From positions 1,302,001-1,366,000 of the forward strand of contig NC_087249.1 of assembly GCF_037042905.1 (NCBI RefSeq): DNA of 64,000 nucleotides. The letters run 5' to 3'. How positions within the stretch are numbered: the first letter of the stretch is position 1; every line of letters begins with the position of its first letter. Below the pieces are notes generated by a model, which was given only the letters and a program-made list of their open reading frames with translations, did no database searches and was not told where the DNA came from. Source of the DNA: Lytechinus pictus (Eukaryota). The position numbers were made by a program, and so were the translations under genes. Shown in pieces: positions 26,847-42,017 of the stretch.

Positions 26847-27000
26847 TAAAATTATCTTGTTCGCACAGGCGTTATCCCGCAGTCCCACCAGCCAACCTGC
26901 GCCAGACAGGCAAAAACTATCACATTAATTCATAATGACAAATCATCGCTCGGTTTGAAATCGATCTATTTGATGTGACTGAAGCATTAATTCATATCTG

Positions 27001-27268
27001 GGCCCCATCTTACAAAGAGTTACGAGAGATCTGATCAACCACAACTATAGAAAGCCAGCAATGCGAACTTCTAAAATGCATGTTTGTTCAAAATATTTTC
27101 TATATCTGTGTATTCATACATTCATTGTTTTCTGGAAAATTCAGTGTGCTTCTTTTTGTTTACAAAGGATGTTGTTCATAATTCCTGTAAAAAAAAATTA
27201 TGACATTGATGGATTTCCATACAGTTGAGGTTGATTGGAACAATTTTAACTTTTTGTAAGATGGGGCC
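27001..27268. mobile_element. PIF/Harbinger-type MITE
   Basis: CTG|GGCCCCATCTTACAAAGAG...TTTTGTAAGATGGGGCC|CAG, with ~65-bp imperfect TIRs and CWG flanks. Confidence 0.8.
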
Positions 27269-28219
27269 CAGAGCACGTCTTTCCGATTAAGGTCTGGAGA
27301 ATGCGTTCATGCCAAAATAGTTCAATGAAATCCATAGTACTTTCAAGTCTGGAATAGATAGGCCTTTCTATCTTCATTCTAGATTCTTCTTGGATATTCT
27401 ACTTCCTCCAGCTGCCCTTTTCCATGCCTACTCTTCCTTTTCTATCTTCCACTTTTTTTTTACTCGATCACCTTTCTAAATTCCCTCTTCATATTACCAT
27501 TATCAAGTGTGCATGCGGTACTCTACTGGTCTACGATCGACCCCAAATGATCTCGTGAAATTGGAGCCAATACCTTTAGCCTTTTGTCGCATCTGAAAAG
27601 CCCTTCATCCAATCAGCCGCTCTTACTTCAGAGAAGTATTGCACAATGTCACCGAGCACCTGAGAGTCTAGGGGTTAAGAGAGAGACGTCAAGAAGATCG
27701 GAAAAGGTTACTTTAGGTGAATATTCCCATTTCTAATGCTGCATAGACTGTGGGGTGCGGGTATGCTGAACAGCATAGGGAGCTAATGAATCTGAGCACA
27801 TACCGACAAAAGTCTGGTGGGTTGAGGGTTAAAGCAAGCGAAAGGGAATATCCATTTTCCCGATAAATGGAGGAGCCTGCCGATGAGTGGTCAATGGTCA
27901 TACAGTGGTTTCTCCTTTCGCCGCATAGCTCTGCTTAGATTGCTATCGGGATCAAATGAAGGGGTAGAGGGGTTCTTCGACAAGGTGGAACAATCCTCTC
28001 CATCTGAACTGAAAATGGCATCATGAATTCACGTTAGTATCCGATTCCAATATCAAATGCATATCCTCTTCGTGACGAATAAGAAATGTTAATTTTTTTT
28101 CAAGAGAAACAAAGAAAGCATCGCATGCAAAGAAGAAACTGTTCTGAATGCCCTCTTATGAGATAATACCTATATATAACAATCTAACAAAATACTGCCG
28201 TCGTCTCTGTTTCACATAA

Positions 28220-28766
28220 AGGGATGGTCAAGGCTGGAAATATTTATATCTCAATAAACAGAGTAAAATGCAGAAAATTTGATTAAAATTGGATAACAAA
28301 GATTTGCATTATTCCGGTAAAACAATTCAAGGCATGTCTTTATGAATATTCTTAAGGTGGGTTGATGATGTCATATCCCCATTTATTCTTTTTATTATAT
28401 TATATGAAAGTGGGTTTATTAAAAAAAATTCTACCAGGAACTAAAACAATTGGATTGACAACTGATTAAGTGCATTAGTTATTTATTGCCGCAACTTATT
28501 CATCATAATGGAGACACAGCATTTACACATGCATGAAAAAATGAAAGATTTATGATTTCATGTAATAACATAAGAAAAAGTTAAGTAGGATGTGACATCA
28601 TCAGCCCATCTAATTAATATTCATGACGATGTGCACGACGTAACTGTTTTCACAAAATATTGATAAACTTTAAAATTCAACAACTTTGTTATTTGTTATC
28701 ATCATTTTGCTTTGTGAATTTTACTTTATTTCTTTAGATGTAGATATTCTCAGCCCGGACCATCCA
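28220..28766. mobile_element. Kolobok-like MITE, family A, copy 2
   Basis: ATAA|AGGGATGGTCAAGGCTG...CAGCCCGGACCATCCA|TTAA. The internal sequence is the reverse complement of copy 1. Confidence 0.8.
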
Positions 28767-31163
28767 TTAAATCTCCAATCCAAAGAGACGCTGGTGGTTT
28801 AGCATGGTTAATACACAACTAAGATATGGATGTATTCTGCTAACTGATCTAATGGATGAAAAGTGTTTTTCTTGTTAAAAATTTTAAGGCGACATTCCAA
28901 TAATCATAATGAACGTATAAAGTTTTACAATGAAAATCTGTTTGTGTCTCCAAGTTTAACCAAATATATTTTAAATCAATTAAATTTTCAATATAGTGAG
29001 TCTACCTCTCCTTCTCTTCTTATGTTTACTGCGTTTATGATAAAAAGTAGTACCTTAACAAATATCATGACATCTAGATTCGAATGACCAATGAACATAC
29101 GATTTTTATTCCTTGAATTCTATTTTTCCTCATTTTACCAATAATTGATGATTCATCTCCGACACTTATTTTGTGTTCCCTTTTTTCTTATTCTTTTTTA
29201 TTTATCCTTCTTTTGCTAGTATATACTTCTCCCTCAAATATTTTGTTTTACTTGAGAAAGGGGTTAGGGAGAGCATGGCACTTTTCCAAAAACTTCCCCG
29301 GTTATCATTTGTAAAGTGATATAAATATTGAATAGTTTATAAATGTATTGGATATCCTGTGTCATGTAAGAATGACACCAACTTTCACGATACAGCTAAC
29401 AGAACCCGCTTGTTAATGGTACAACTTTATTGCTAGAGTCTTCCGTTGATAATAGTAATAAGAATGCAAGATATTTCTGAAGCGCCATTTTTACACTTTG
29501 ACAGAGACTTTGTCATATTTGCAGAGCGTCATTCACTGGAAATTTAGCCATTTCCAATAATACTCCATAACAATGTTGGAAGAAAGAAAACAGTTGATCA
29601 TCAATGAATCATCTTGGCCATCAATTTAACGTGTTTAACATTTTAAAGGACCGTTTAACATTAAACATTGCCATTTTATCTAAATGGAATGTTGACTCTG
29701 TAAACTACATTATATTTATTTTTGACGTCCTGTGTTGAAGAAATCATTACCTATTCCAATGCAAGATGATTAAACATAATTGATAATCTTGTCTTAGAAT
29801 GCAATTAATGGTGTAAGATATGGCTGAATGGATGAAGATACCGATCAGTTAGTTATGTAGGTCGCTTGATAGGATCAACATTGGCTGGAGCAGCTGCCCA
29901 ATTGAGTCAAATTAACTAGTAAGTGACCACTTAACAAGCGTATGGGTTTAGCTCCTGGCAAAAACGTCGCTCAAATAACACATTTCATCAAGCGTAAAGA
30001 ATATTCTGATACTAATTTTAAGAAGTATTCAAGAAATAACGATGATCAGAGCTAGCTGCACCTGCTATTACTTATCATCTTTTCTAATAAAGTTTATATC
30101 TTATTCACGAAATGCCATTACTGTTTAATTCATAGGCATTAGATGATTAATCTCCTCATTTTGGAAATGATTCGCCTATGGGCTTTTCATAAAGGAATTA
30201 ACTGGTAAAGAATTTAGAACGAATGATGGGTTGTTTCTTGTATGTCCCATGTTCATTCAGAGTAGACTCTCTTTTTTAAGGAAGATATCAACCACTTTTT
30301 CGCTATTGTATTTTTTTGGGTGGTGCATGGGAAGTCGCATTGTGTGTAATGAAGCTTACATAAGTTTCAGTACTTGAGATGAAAATTTGTCGAATTCATC
30401 TTAAATTCTACATGTCCATGATATTGCCATCAGTGGTGGTGATTGATAAAACTCAACCCCTTTCTATGCAGCATTGTACTTAGGGGTGCATGGTTGATGC
30501 CTGTCATCACGGAGCCTGTTTAATTTTACACGTGTGAAATGTGAGAATAGTGAAAAAAGATGTATCATTTTACGGTCCATCAAACATTTCTCAATCTGAA
30601 TTCATAACTAACCGTACCGTCCAAATGCCATTGTCAAGCGACATTCATAACACTCATATCAATTTTCATGATATTCTTTTTGTTTATTAAGTTCTTCCTA
30701 TATGTAAACATTAATATAATATGTCAGCTTTGCCTTTTGATCTTCCGGTGTTTCTTCCAATTTGCCTCAGGTGAACATGCCGAGCTCATAATTTTCAAAT
30801 GGGAAGAACATAGAATGCATTTTGTGTTTAAATAATTGATAAAAGACGGAAAAAGGAGAAAAGGGAAGAGAATACTTAGTTTTGATGATTATTCCAGGGT
30901 GGGATCAATATATTGTTAAGATAAATTAAAATTTCCATAAATTTAAGGTGTACATTATTAATTTATTGGACTTGCCTGAGGCCGTTGGTGAAGATAGAAT
31001 ACATTCGAGGAATATCCACTTTGAATGTGTTCGTCGTAGTTGAAAATCCTTTTCTATAACCAAATACACTTAATTAGATGATTTTCATGAACACTAAATG
31101 CAGTAAAGATTCGAAGCAGAACTGTTACAACCAAATCTGTTGTCATGGTTACTTTGTAACGTA

Positions 31164-31396
31164 CTCTCTAAAAAAATCGAGTGAATGATTCTTTTCTAAG
31201 AGGAAGTGAATACAATTTCATTACATTAAGAGAGACTTCAATTTCTCTTGCTGAATGGACGTTACAGTTTTTTAAGTGAAATTTGTGTGAAATGTTCTTT
31301 TTTCACTCGAGATATACTGAGAATTGAGTGTTCAGTAACGTCACTACCAAGTGTAGTGAGACACGAATGAAAAGTCAATCGCTTTTTTTTAGAGAG
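31164..31396. mobile_element. Short CAC/CTC-terminated MITE (CMC/EnSpm-like)
   Basis: CTCTCTAAAAAAATCGAGTGA...TCAATCGCTTTTTTTTAGAGAG inverted ends. Confidence 0.5.
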
Positions 31397-31684
31397 AGAA
31401 AGAAAGTGTGTATATACCTTTTTGATTAAAAAAGGTAGAGGAAACATTTACTTCGTTCTTTCTTAGGTCTATAATTTTATTCAAATATACCCATTGCCAA
31501 ATATTGATTAAATTCTATACTTTTATCAAAGCAAAAATAAATATTGGAGGGAACTTCTGTTGCATTTGTGAAAACTAGGCTTTGTCTCGTTCATTAGTTG
31601 CATGTGGAAGTTGTACAATAATACATACACGCATAACTATGGTTCGAGGCGCTCCCGGACAACGTTAAAGCTTGTATGTTTCAA

Positions 31685-32090
31685 TTTGATTTGCCAAAAT
31701 TTTGTCTCCATAAGATATGAAACAACTGCGACAATCTGCAAATACATTAATCCAATTTTTGCTATCTTTCTGTTTACTTTTCTATCTCTCTCTCTCTCTC
31801 TCATAGACATAGACCCACTATCTCACATGAGATATCACTTTGATCGTGTTGACGTTAGACTATTTTCTGTTCAGTTTGTCCATCTATCGTCTACATAAGA
31901 TATGAAACAACCGTAGTATTTTACACTTTCTGTCTACTTTTTTATCCCCTTTCTCCTCCAAACTATGTTTGTCTTTCTCTCCCTCTGCTGTATACACGAA
32001 CACAAATAGACACACCTATCGTAAGTCAGGTACCTTTTTCAATTCAGTTTGCACATCTTTCGTCTACGTAAGATATGAAGTAACTTTGAT
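31685..32090. repeat. Degenerate tandem repeat, three units, ~175-185 bp period
   Basis: Core GTCT(A/C)C(A/G)TAAGATATGAA(A/G), with TAAGATATGA at about 31711, 31896 and 32069. Confidence 0.7.
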
Positions 32091-32601
32091 AATGTACAAG
32101 CAGAGAAATATATCCTTATGCATGAAGACTTCCAACACAAGCCCCACAGAGAGGTCAAGAGATATACCCAACCCCCTTCTCTCCCCCCCCCCCCTCTCTC
32201 TCTCTCTTTCTTTCTCTTTCTTTCTCTCTCTATCTCTCTCCTACTCCTCTTCCACGCAAACAAACGCTCACACTGTCGCCCATACATACGCATCCACACA
32301 AACTAGACGTTCTCACACATCAAGACAAAACAATTTCACACAGTTTGATTCAGGATGTCTTTCTTTCTGCCTATCATTATTTTGTTCGCAATTGAGCCTA
32401 ATGACCGTGACTTCTTGTATTTCAGTAACCACAGCGTTGGGTTTATTACTCTCAGCATAGCCATTAGTCTCTAATCATTAGTAAATATGAATCTATTCTT
32501 GAACAAACGTTAATTTCGGACAGGCTAGGCGGCAGCATTTCTTTTTGTCATAAAGCAAAAAATTGATATTATTCCAATCTCCTGTCTATCCTTCTCTCTC
32601 T

Positions 32602-32632
<31 letters not shown>

Positions 32633-32742
32633 CATATATATATATATAATAAAATGGATGACAGCAGACTTTTATGAATCTCAAATTGTTTCTCAAATTC
32701 ACTTATGTTACTATTGGGATGTGAGGTTGTGTTGTTTATCTA

Positions 32743-32936
32743 CACTCTAAAAGTGTTTTTCAAATATTGAATAAAATGGGAACATACATGTTGGTGTGGT
32801 AAAAAGATGTTGTGTTGGAATTTACCCTTAAAACAGGCACTTTCGTCCAATATGGGGTAAACGATACACCCGGCAAACATGCATGTTCCCTTTCTACCCA
32901 ATATTGGGTAAAATTGTAGTCTTTATTTTCAGAGTG
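32743..32936. mobile_element. CAC-terminated MITE (CMC/EnSpm-like)
   Basis: TA|CACTCTAAAA...TTTTCAGAGTG, with internal inverted GGGAACATACATG/CATGCATGTTCCC. Confidence 0.6.
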
Positions 32937-34609
32937 AATCCCTATCCCCTCCTCCTCCATCCCTTCGCCTCCCCCTCCGTCCCACTCCTTCTGTCTCTTT
33001 CTGACTCTCTCTCTCTCCCCCCCCCCCTCTCACTCTATTTCCCATCTTAAGTGGGTGAGGGTAGATGGATGTGTGTGTGTATTACAAATCAATCTTCTTG
33101 AATGTTGTTTTTGTTGGTTTCCCTCTTTTTTTTCTTGATTGACAGGAAGATATCTTTATATAATTTTATCCCTCCATGAGCACACTAGGGCTTGTGATCT
33201 TCGATGTTCGACATGACATGTCCATCGAAAGCCTTTTCCAATAATACAGCTGTATTTATTTGGTGTCAGATCTCTCTCACAAATTACCCTAGGCGGTGGT
33301 TACCGAAACGAATAATTGAAAAAAGTGAACATATTCCGTTGTCTTAGGGTTGCAATCATGGTTATAAAAGGTAACTTGTGATTGTGCTATCGTTTTTCTG
33401 CTGAAGTTCAGTCATAGCCCGAGGCCATCAACGTTTATTCGATATGTATCCGTCCTTTACCTTTTCATGGGTCGACGTCGATAATAAAGAAGCGAAATTA
33501 GATTTCAAATCTGGGACATTTTCCCCTCTATATCTCGTCGCTATCTCTCTTTTCTCTTCCGCCGGATTGCCCTCTCTCGACCTGACCATCTTACTCGTTC
33601 GTCGGTAGGCCAGAAGCATAAGCTTTTGAGGCGAGTAATCTTTATAATCAACACTATTTTCTGATGCAAGGCATGGGGTTACAATGTGGTACATGACCTA
33701 CAAAACAACCTAGATTTAGGCAACCAAATCGGTTCAATCAGGAATTATCAAGCCCTGTAAACCCGCCTTGGGACAACAGTGTTTTGTATTACCATTCTTA
33801 ACGAGCTTTTCGGTAGGGAGTAATTTTCTGTTTTTCCTTTGCGCGGATCTGATGGGGGAATACAGACCGATCCTATATATTTCGATCCATTATCAGATAT
33901 ATTTCCCTCTCTGTCATAAACACCAGCTATAGACAGTATAGAAAAGAGAATTGGAGCAGAGGTCTTTAAATCCCGGATACTGGTGGAGAAAGTAACCGAT
34001 TGACTATCAGATGTTCTGTCCCTTGAGAAGATTCTTTGCAATCACCAAGGCGATCATGAAAAAGGGCAGTGGAACATGAGATCGGACGGAAGGTACCGAG
34101 ATGATATCCAACGGGAGATAAGACTGCAACCCCCCCCCCCACACACACACACACACACACACGCATACACTAACCAACCCTTCTTATCCTTGCTTAAGTT
34201 TGTTTTCGTATGATGTATGTTTATTCATCTAGGAAGAAAGTCAAATTACGATAGAAAAAAAAATATATATTCATCTAGACCTATTTTAAGAAAATTATTA
34301 GTTTCACGTCCGACCCGGGACGCTAAGAAATAAACTACATATTTACTACGTTAACCATATCCTAGATATTCAAAGGGCATTGCTTTGTATCGACCATTAT
34401 AAGTGATAGTACTTCTGCTGAATAATAGGGGTCGACAGTCGTAAGAATTTATTCTATAAAGCGAAGATCGATGATGTCAAACGCTCACAGTATATAGACT
34501 GGCATCAAAATCCTATCAAATATTGCTGGTTATAACAATAGACCATTTCATTCACTGTCCGAGATTAATTAAAAATTAATTATAAGACCGCTTTGGACTT
34601 AAAGTAAGA

Positions 34610-34742
34610 NNNNNNNNNNNNNNNNNNNNNNNNNNNNNNNNNNNNNNNNNNNNNNNNNNNNNNNNNNNNNNNNNNNNNNNNNNNNNNNNNNNNNNNNNNN
34701 NNNNNNNNNNNNNNNNNNNNNNNNNNNNNNNNNNNNNNNNNN
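34610..34742. other. Assembly gap (N run)
   Basis: Run of Ns. Confidence 1.
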
Positions 34743-37700
34743 CTTTTTAGTTTTTACTTGTGAAAGGTTGCACGTTTGTACGATGACTGAATGAGAACTA
34801 TGTTATATTTATATTTTCAAATTTAACAATATTGCGTTCCAATGCGATCACACGGTAGCAAAGCGACACTGACCTCCAAGCTCTTGGGGGGTATATAAAG
34901 CACTACAGATATTTAAGGGAAAGTATCAAAACATTAAACGATTTCCAATTCAAATTTCATGCGTTGCCCTTCTAAACTTCCTTGTTACTGACACTGCACT
35001 TTTCTGGTGAATACATATCCAATGGAAAAAAAACGTTTACCAAAGGAGAGTTTATAGATTTTGTTTTTTTATGTCGTATGGCAGTCGAGGACGGGGCGAC
35101 ATGGTAACGCTAAGAAATTCGAGCATGTTTTTTGTCTTTTGCTCAATTATTGTCTGTTTTGTTTTTCAGCGAAACCCCATTAAGAATATAAATTCACTGG
35201 GACAATTTTACCAGGGGTATGGATTTAACCCGTCCATTTGTCGTATATACATAATGAGGGCATTTATAATAGCGTAAGAATTGGCATCATGGAAAGGAAG
35301 ACAATTACACAAACATCTTTTTAAGAAATAAAAAAAAAGGGAATGATCACAAACCATGCTTCGTGATTATATTCCTCAACTTACCCCTTGGGATATGAGA
35401 TATTGAAGGACTCGTAACCTTTGATATCATATCCACTTTTGACGTCACAATCCAAGGAAAGTGATGACACTTCCTAGCCTAAGTAGATACTTAGACATGT
35501 TAGACCCCGCTGTAAGCGTGTCCATCTATCGCCTTTCGAATCCCCGATTTTTTTTTCCAGGTCGATTAACGCACCTTACATCACTACTACTATCATGAAA
35601 TGTTTTCCTCTAAAGTTTCAGAATTCTATCTGTGAACTAAAAGTTAGTTTAAATTTAGCTTAATGACCGTTAGCAATAGAAAAAAATAAGCTCTGAATAA
35701 TGAGATATTATTCCTTTAGTATAATGAAATTATACAAATACCTCACATCCAAGGTTACCGTATAATGCAAAACTCTCCACTTTAAAGCCTACTTATAACG
35801 ACCTAGCGGCAGTGACGAGCACTACCGTACTTGTAATAGACGTCTTTGCTGTGGCTCTTTTGGAAAAAAAGATAATTTTCCATGTCTGTAGTTGCAGCAT
35901 ATAAGCGTGCCAATGCTGTCTGGATTATTACATCTATACAATTTGTTCACGAATGAATGGTAGTTCATGTTTTCACTCACACGTTAGGAGGGGAAATCCC
36001 TACAAAGAATCCTGGATACAGTGAATGTTTAAAATCGATATTTGATCAAAGTATATAGACTGAACCCCCTTAGAACCACCGCCCTCCCCCCTCTCTTTCT
36101 CTCTCTCTGTATCCCCCCCCCCCCATTTCTTTTCTCGATTCCTCTGTGTATGTGTATACCCCTCTTTCTTAATTTCAACACCCTTTCCTCTTTTCCCCAT
36201 GCTTCGTACTTCTCTCCTTTCTTTCTCTCTCTCACTCTCTATCCCTTTGTGCCATGCTATACGCTCACAATTATTATTCTATCCTTTTTTTTTTCTCCAT
36301 GAATCTCATTCTAATTCGTTATTCTTTTCATATATTTTTTAGACTTGTAACCTCAGCCGGCTCATCGTATATCATCATTTTCCAGGCTTATATCCATCTT
36401 TTCTGAAATATCAGCCGATATCGAATGGACATCAAAATATGCCATGATTGCTCTATTCCGGGGGCAGAATAGTTTGAGTGGTCATATATTTTTACTAAGG
36501 TACCTAAGGCCTAGATCTAAACACGAAATAGAAACCTTTCACATCCTGCCGTTAAACAGAACTCGAAGGGAGCTTTAGGCTATACCTCAACAAGAAATCG
36601 AATAGATTTTCAAATGTCCAAAGCGCTGCTATTTGTTTTATTTTTTTGCTAGTTTCTTGCATCAGCGCCGATTTGTCATTATGGTATTACTCCGCAAATC
36701 ATTCATTTTCATGCTGTCGATGACGATATGCGGGTTAAGATTGACGGCTTTGGAGGGTTTTGTTGTTATCAACGATGTCATGAATCTAACTCCTTCATTT
36801 TTTTTGTAATCATTATGCAGCAAGAGTCATGTAGTGCACCTGGAATGGGCTATGGGGTGTTATAATCCATACCCGCTTGACTTAGTTACCCCCCACTCCA
36901 AATGAGGCGACATGAAATAGACCCTCTACATGTTTTGTTTCTCAAGATTTTAGCCATATTAGATATACATGTAGACGTGTTGAATGTAGTCGTTGAGGGT
37001 TGCTATAGAGAGCAAAGCCTGATGTAAGGAGTGGAAGTATAGTCACCATGGCAGGACGGAAGAGATCTCAAGAGGCTGGCCTCTAAAGGATACCATTCCC
37101 CTTAAAAGAACCATTCCCCATATTACTACTCATTAATCATTCTCATTTCAATTTTATTTATCTGTAAAATATCCACTCGAGGTCATGAAAATACCTTTGA
37201 CAGTAATCAAACATTTTTTTGAAAAAAATGCACCGGTAAAAACTTGAAGTTAAAGTCCAATTATTCAGAATTTTATATCCTTGCCACTATACAGCAGATT
37301 GATACAATGTTGAAAACGATGATGATGATGATTATGATAATAATGATGATTATAGGCCCTGGTTATAACAGTAATAATAATAATAATAATGACAACAGAT
37401 ATAATAATGATAATAAAAAATAAAATAAAAATAATATACTATCTACTGTCTCTTTAATTTATTGCCCATGATTCGGTTTTAGATGTATAGGATGCTGTGT
37501 TAGACGTGTGCGTAGGGTTGTGTGAGGGGTGGGCGTGTGCATGTGTGTGTGTGTATGTCGAAATATCACCAGCCAAGTTAACTTATGTTGCAATGCATTG
37601 TATGACTTTTAAAGCGTTATACTATGCTGGTTGCTTAATCACAAGCATTGCTTCCTGAAGGACCAAAACTTGTATTCACTTGTTATTGCATTATTTCATT

Positions 37701-40700
37701 TGTATCTGTTTGTTTGTCATGATTTGTTGAATGAATTTGAAATTTGAGACGCATTAATTATAATATTAATAATATATCGAAATCTCATAATTCATGCCTG
37801 AGTAATGAATCAAATTGACCACAATAAAAGAGCAGTAAAGAGTACAGAACGCAGTAACAACAAATACAGCGATGAGATAGCAAGCCGGTAAGATAAACAG
37901 TAGAATAAAGAGATAAAAACAGCAAAATAACGATAATTGGGAATTTGATGGTCATAAGAAATGACATTTATTTCACACGAAGTTCTTTAGCGTAGGCCAG
38001 ACACAAAGGTTTTATAAAAGATGATAAATTCATAAAACATATTTGACAACAAAGCTCACTGCATGAGGGTTGAAATTGCACTAACGCTCGCCACGTCTAA
38101 TGCAACGTCAACAAGTTAATCTAGGAATTTGCGGCATTACCTCTTCTCTCACTGTATATATTTGGAAAAACCTTAACAATGTCTTTACGTCATACCGTAA
38201 ATCCAATACATTCAGTATTAACAAAAGAAATGAAACAATTGTTTCCGAAGCCCATATTAAAAACTTGAAAACTTATACGAACAAGAAGAGTTGACAGACT
38301 ACGGAAGTTCGGATAGCAGACGACACTTTACACGCCACTATCGATTGTTAGATCGGATATTTGTCTCAAGTTTGCTCTTTAACATAGATCGATTTCCTAT
38401 GATGGGGTGTCATCACCAACGCCGACAACCACACTAAATGTGAGAGCACACACTGGCCTGTATTTTAACACGTTCAGTCTTCTCTTACGCTGTATTAGAT
38501 CTTTACTACAAATCTACTCAAAATGCGCAAAGGAGAGGATATACTGTTTGACCATAATAAATCTTCTATAAGCATGATAAAACTAAACAACTATCAAACC
38601 TTCTGCTCGGACATTCTGACCATTCTCTCATCTCTGATCCAATCTCGAGGCTCTACTACATTTACCAAATCCTTTTTGTTGTTTTGAAAGCTATGCCCTT
38701 TAGAGACAAACGGGGAAAAGATAAGCTCGTATTTATACGATGTAACTAAGAAGCTGACCTTTCGGCTACTTTGCTAAACAATGCTAATTTGAGTCGTTTG
38801 TTTTATTCATTAGAGTACTTTCTATCTACCTTGTGAACGTAGATAGAAAGATAAGGTCGCCATGAAGCTCGGGAGACGGACTGAAGAAGATGAAAGACAG
38901 GGGAGAAGTGAATCAGTGGATGATGAGAAGAATCCTTTGTTTATCTATTATGTGAATCAGTACCAAGTCAATTTGCTACATCTCGGCCGGAACATCCAAT
39001 TGTAAATCAAAACCTCAAAGAGGAACACATGATTTATGTTTAATCTGCAAGAATTCGGGAGGATTGAGATTTTTTCAACTTTTGTTTTATTTTAGCAATC
39101 TATTAATGAACAATTTGTTTACTCCACGATTTTTTTTGTCATTCTAATTTATTTCAATTTCAAAATTATCTGAATAAATCATGAAAATATAAGGTTACCA
39201 TCCAGATAAAAATTATCCTGACACATTCTCCCCCCCCCCCCCTCTCCCTCTCTCTCTCTCTCTCTCTGCATCTCTCCCTCCCGTTTCCCTATGTTACCAT
39301 ACCTCTTTCTCCTTCCAAATTTTGCATCCTATTTTTGTGTGTCTTGTTGCATACTCTGACGCAGTCTGGACAATTTGAAGAGCTGCCTGTCGAAATCTCT
39401 TCTGAATTCAGTCGTTGAAGGTGTGTTGTGGTTTATAACGTCAGGTCCGTTTTTAGAGGGTACATTATCTCATGACTCCTTCAATCTCTACTGGACTTTG
39501 TTTGTTTGTGGCCAGGAGATTGAAAGTGACAAGACACCACGATTATAGTTTTTTTTATTCAGTTCACATTTTGAGCTCACATATTAACTTAATTATTTCC
39601 TCCGAAACGGTGCAAATAGTAGAGAAAATTCCCAAATTTAAAAAAGAACAACTTTTCTCAATTATCATTATTTTATCAGTTCCAGTCACCGCCAGACTTT
39701 CTTTATCTTTACCTGTACACATGCATTTCTATTCGGTTAATACCTGTCTTTTCTATAAAAATGCTTACTCTTCATTCTGAATACCGATAGATCTTTAACA
39801 TTTGCAAAATGAATTTGGATAGGTCCTTATCCTATGGATCTTCTTTACCACAGTCAAATTCACAGCCGCTGCTAAAACATCCTAAAAATCCTTTAAAAAG
39901 CAATCGAATGACTACGGATGGCATGAACAGTCAATAGTCCCCCAATCCTTGATACAGAACGAGTCATGACCAGGACCAAGATACTCTTGTATCTGTTTTG
40001 ACACCTCTCATTGATTACGTCAATTCTTAACCATAGCACAGTTTCTACATTACTAGGTCAGCAGTGGACTCAGTTTTCTGGTATCAATCGGTCTGGTAGA
40101 GTTCAACTTTGTCAGACAGTGTCCCTCGATTTGGGAGGATATTTAACCAACTTTACCTTACACAGGAGTGAACACACCTGGTAATTCGTTCATCATTAAG
40201 GTCTTATTATGGCGTTATCATTGTCTACAGTACATGCAATACCATTGGTCAACGGTGACAAGGGATGACAAGGATATCCAGAGGTCCCCATCGGTTATAC
40301 CATGGTCACACCAATAAAATTTACCCCAAAACGACCGATGGTATAATCATCGAAAATAAGGTGATAAGTTCGGTCTGTCTAGAAGTGTCTTCGCCGGTGT
40401 AACTGTATACATTGAATGGGATATTCGTTTTCTCCTTCACTGCCTATACACACCGAACGAATAAACTAATCAGCTGATGCACTCACTAGTTAGGGACAGA
40501 AACAGGGTAATTTTGTTCGGTCATCATCAAATGCCTAATCAGTCTGGTAGAGGAGTATTTGTTGTGACGGGAGCATCGGACTATGTCCATCGGTGAAGAG
40601 ATGTATTCGTTTCCCCGTCCAATCCTATTAACCTCCATATCCACCCCTATCCTAAATTGCTGTACTTTATCTCATTTAATGGCAACATTCGCGTTGGGTT

Positions 40701-41299
40701 ACATTTCGATTTTTGAAGATGATTCGCTCGATTGGTTGCACATTAGATGTACGTCTCTCAGACAAGATGGATAAAGCATTAGATTGCGGTTGATCAAGGA
40801 TGTTAACAATGTCAGCTCTGATAAAGTTCAGTTACTATGGTATCAGACAAAGGCGTCTATCGAAATACAGAAGTGAGTAGGAAAACACAGATGAACATGG
40901 AGTGCAACTTATTTATTAAACAAGTCTTGGTTTAGAGCATACGGACAGGGGCTATTGTTGCTGTTTATCTAGTTCAGAAATTGTATATTTTATGCTTTAC
41001 TGTACCCTTTTGTTTGTGGGGGAGAATTTATGCTTGTCCTACTTTGTAATAGTTTCATAAGTGCATCTGGAAATTAAGATTTCCAGTGATTTTTTTTTAG
41101 CATTCTTGCTATGTTCTTGTAATAAATCCCAAAGCAGATAGATATGATGAAGGGACACGGTTTTTTTTAATGCTGGGTTGTGATGTAGATGTACAAGAGC
41201 CTATGTTGTATTTCTATCAGGTAAATGTTCCTGATCTATTAGGAGTGTAAGAAGAGTGTAAGAACATGCGTGGTTGAAGACGAAACAAATATCAACCAG

Positions 41300-41456
41300 G
41301 GCCCCATTGCATAAAAATTACTATGATGGTAACTTTGTTATCCAATGGTTACTACCAAGGTAACGATGATCAACATCCAATCAAAATCAAGGATTTTATA
41401 CAAGTTATAAATGGTCGGCAAAGTTTTCATAATGGTAACTTTTATGCAAAGGGACC
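41300..41456. mobile_element. PIF/Harbinger-type MITE
   Basis: CAG|GGCCCCATTGCATAAAAATTAC...GTAACTTTTATGCAAAGGGACC|CAT. Confidence 0.7.
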
Positions 41457-41639
41457 CATATATTAAATATATGCATGACATCTAAAGAAGGGAAGGGTGT
41501 GATATATGGGATGCAGAGGACAAAACTGAAATATGATAATAATCGAGAATATAAATGACTGTTCGACTGAACATTGTCTTGTATATAATTACAAAGTAAT
41601 GTTTTCGTTACTGAAATAGACTGATGGTGATACTCTGTT

Positions 41640-41890
41640 GGCAAGATCAAGAACTGCTACCTCTTTAAGAGAAAGGTAATTCGCTGCTGCCGCACCACGC
41701 CCCTGGAACCAGCTGCCTTCCTGTGTCCGTAAATCGTCATCTCCGTAATCTTTCCAGCGGTCTTTAAAGATATTTATTTTTAATAGTTAATTACTTGTGA
41801 TTTATATTCATATTTTTCCATGAGTATTTGTTGCTTTGTAAAGCCCTGTGATGAAGCCATTGTGAAGAGTGCTATCTAAATGCAGTCTTG
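41640..41890 (+). mobile_element. 5'-truncated L2/Crack-clade LINE: decayed ORF2 C-terminus plus 3' tail
   Basis: Translates as ER*FAAAAPRPWNQLPSCVRKSSSP*SFQRSLKIFIF, matching the L2 ORF2 end motif RAFS.AAP.LWN.LP..IR......FK..LKT.LF. The tail is TGTAAAGCCC...GTGCTATCTAAATGCAG. Confidence 0.8.
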
Positions 41891-42017
41891 TAATGCATCG
41901 TACATACTGAAGTAAAAGTGGCAACCGCCACCATGGGGAAAATCAGGAAGGTCAGAAAAAAGGAGGAAGGAGAAATCAAAATAACAAATGCTTGATGCTG
42001 AGGGTGACGCTCTCAAC

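Noticed and set aside
33428-34166. Chain of minus-strand ORFs with a DNGSK motif reminiscent of LINE RNase H
   Set aside because: No further RNase H or RT motifs could be aligned, so there is too little support.
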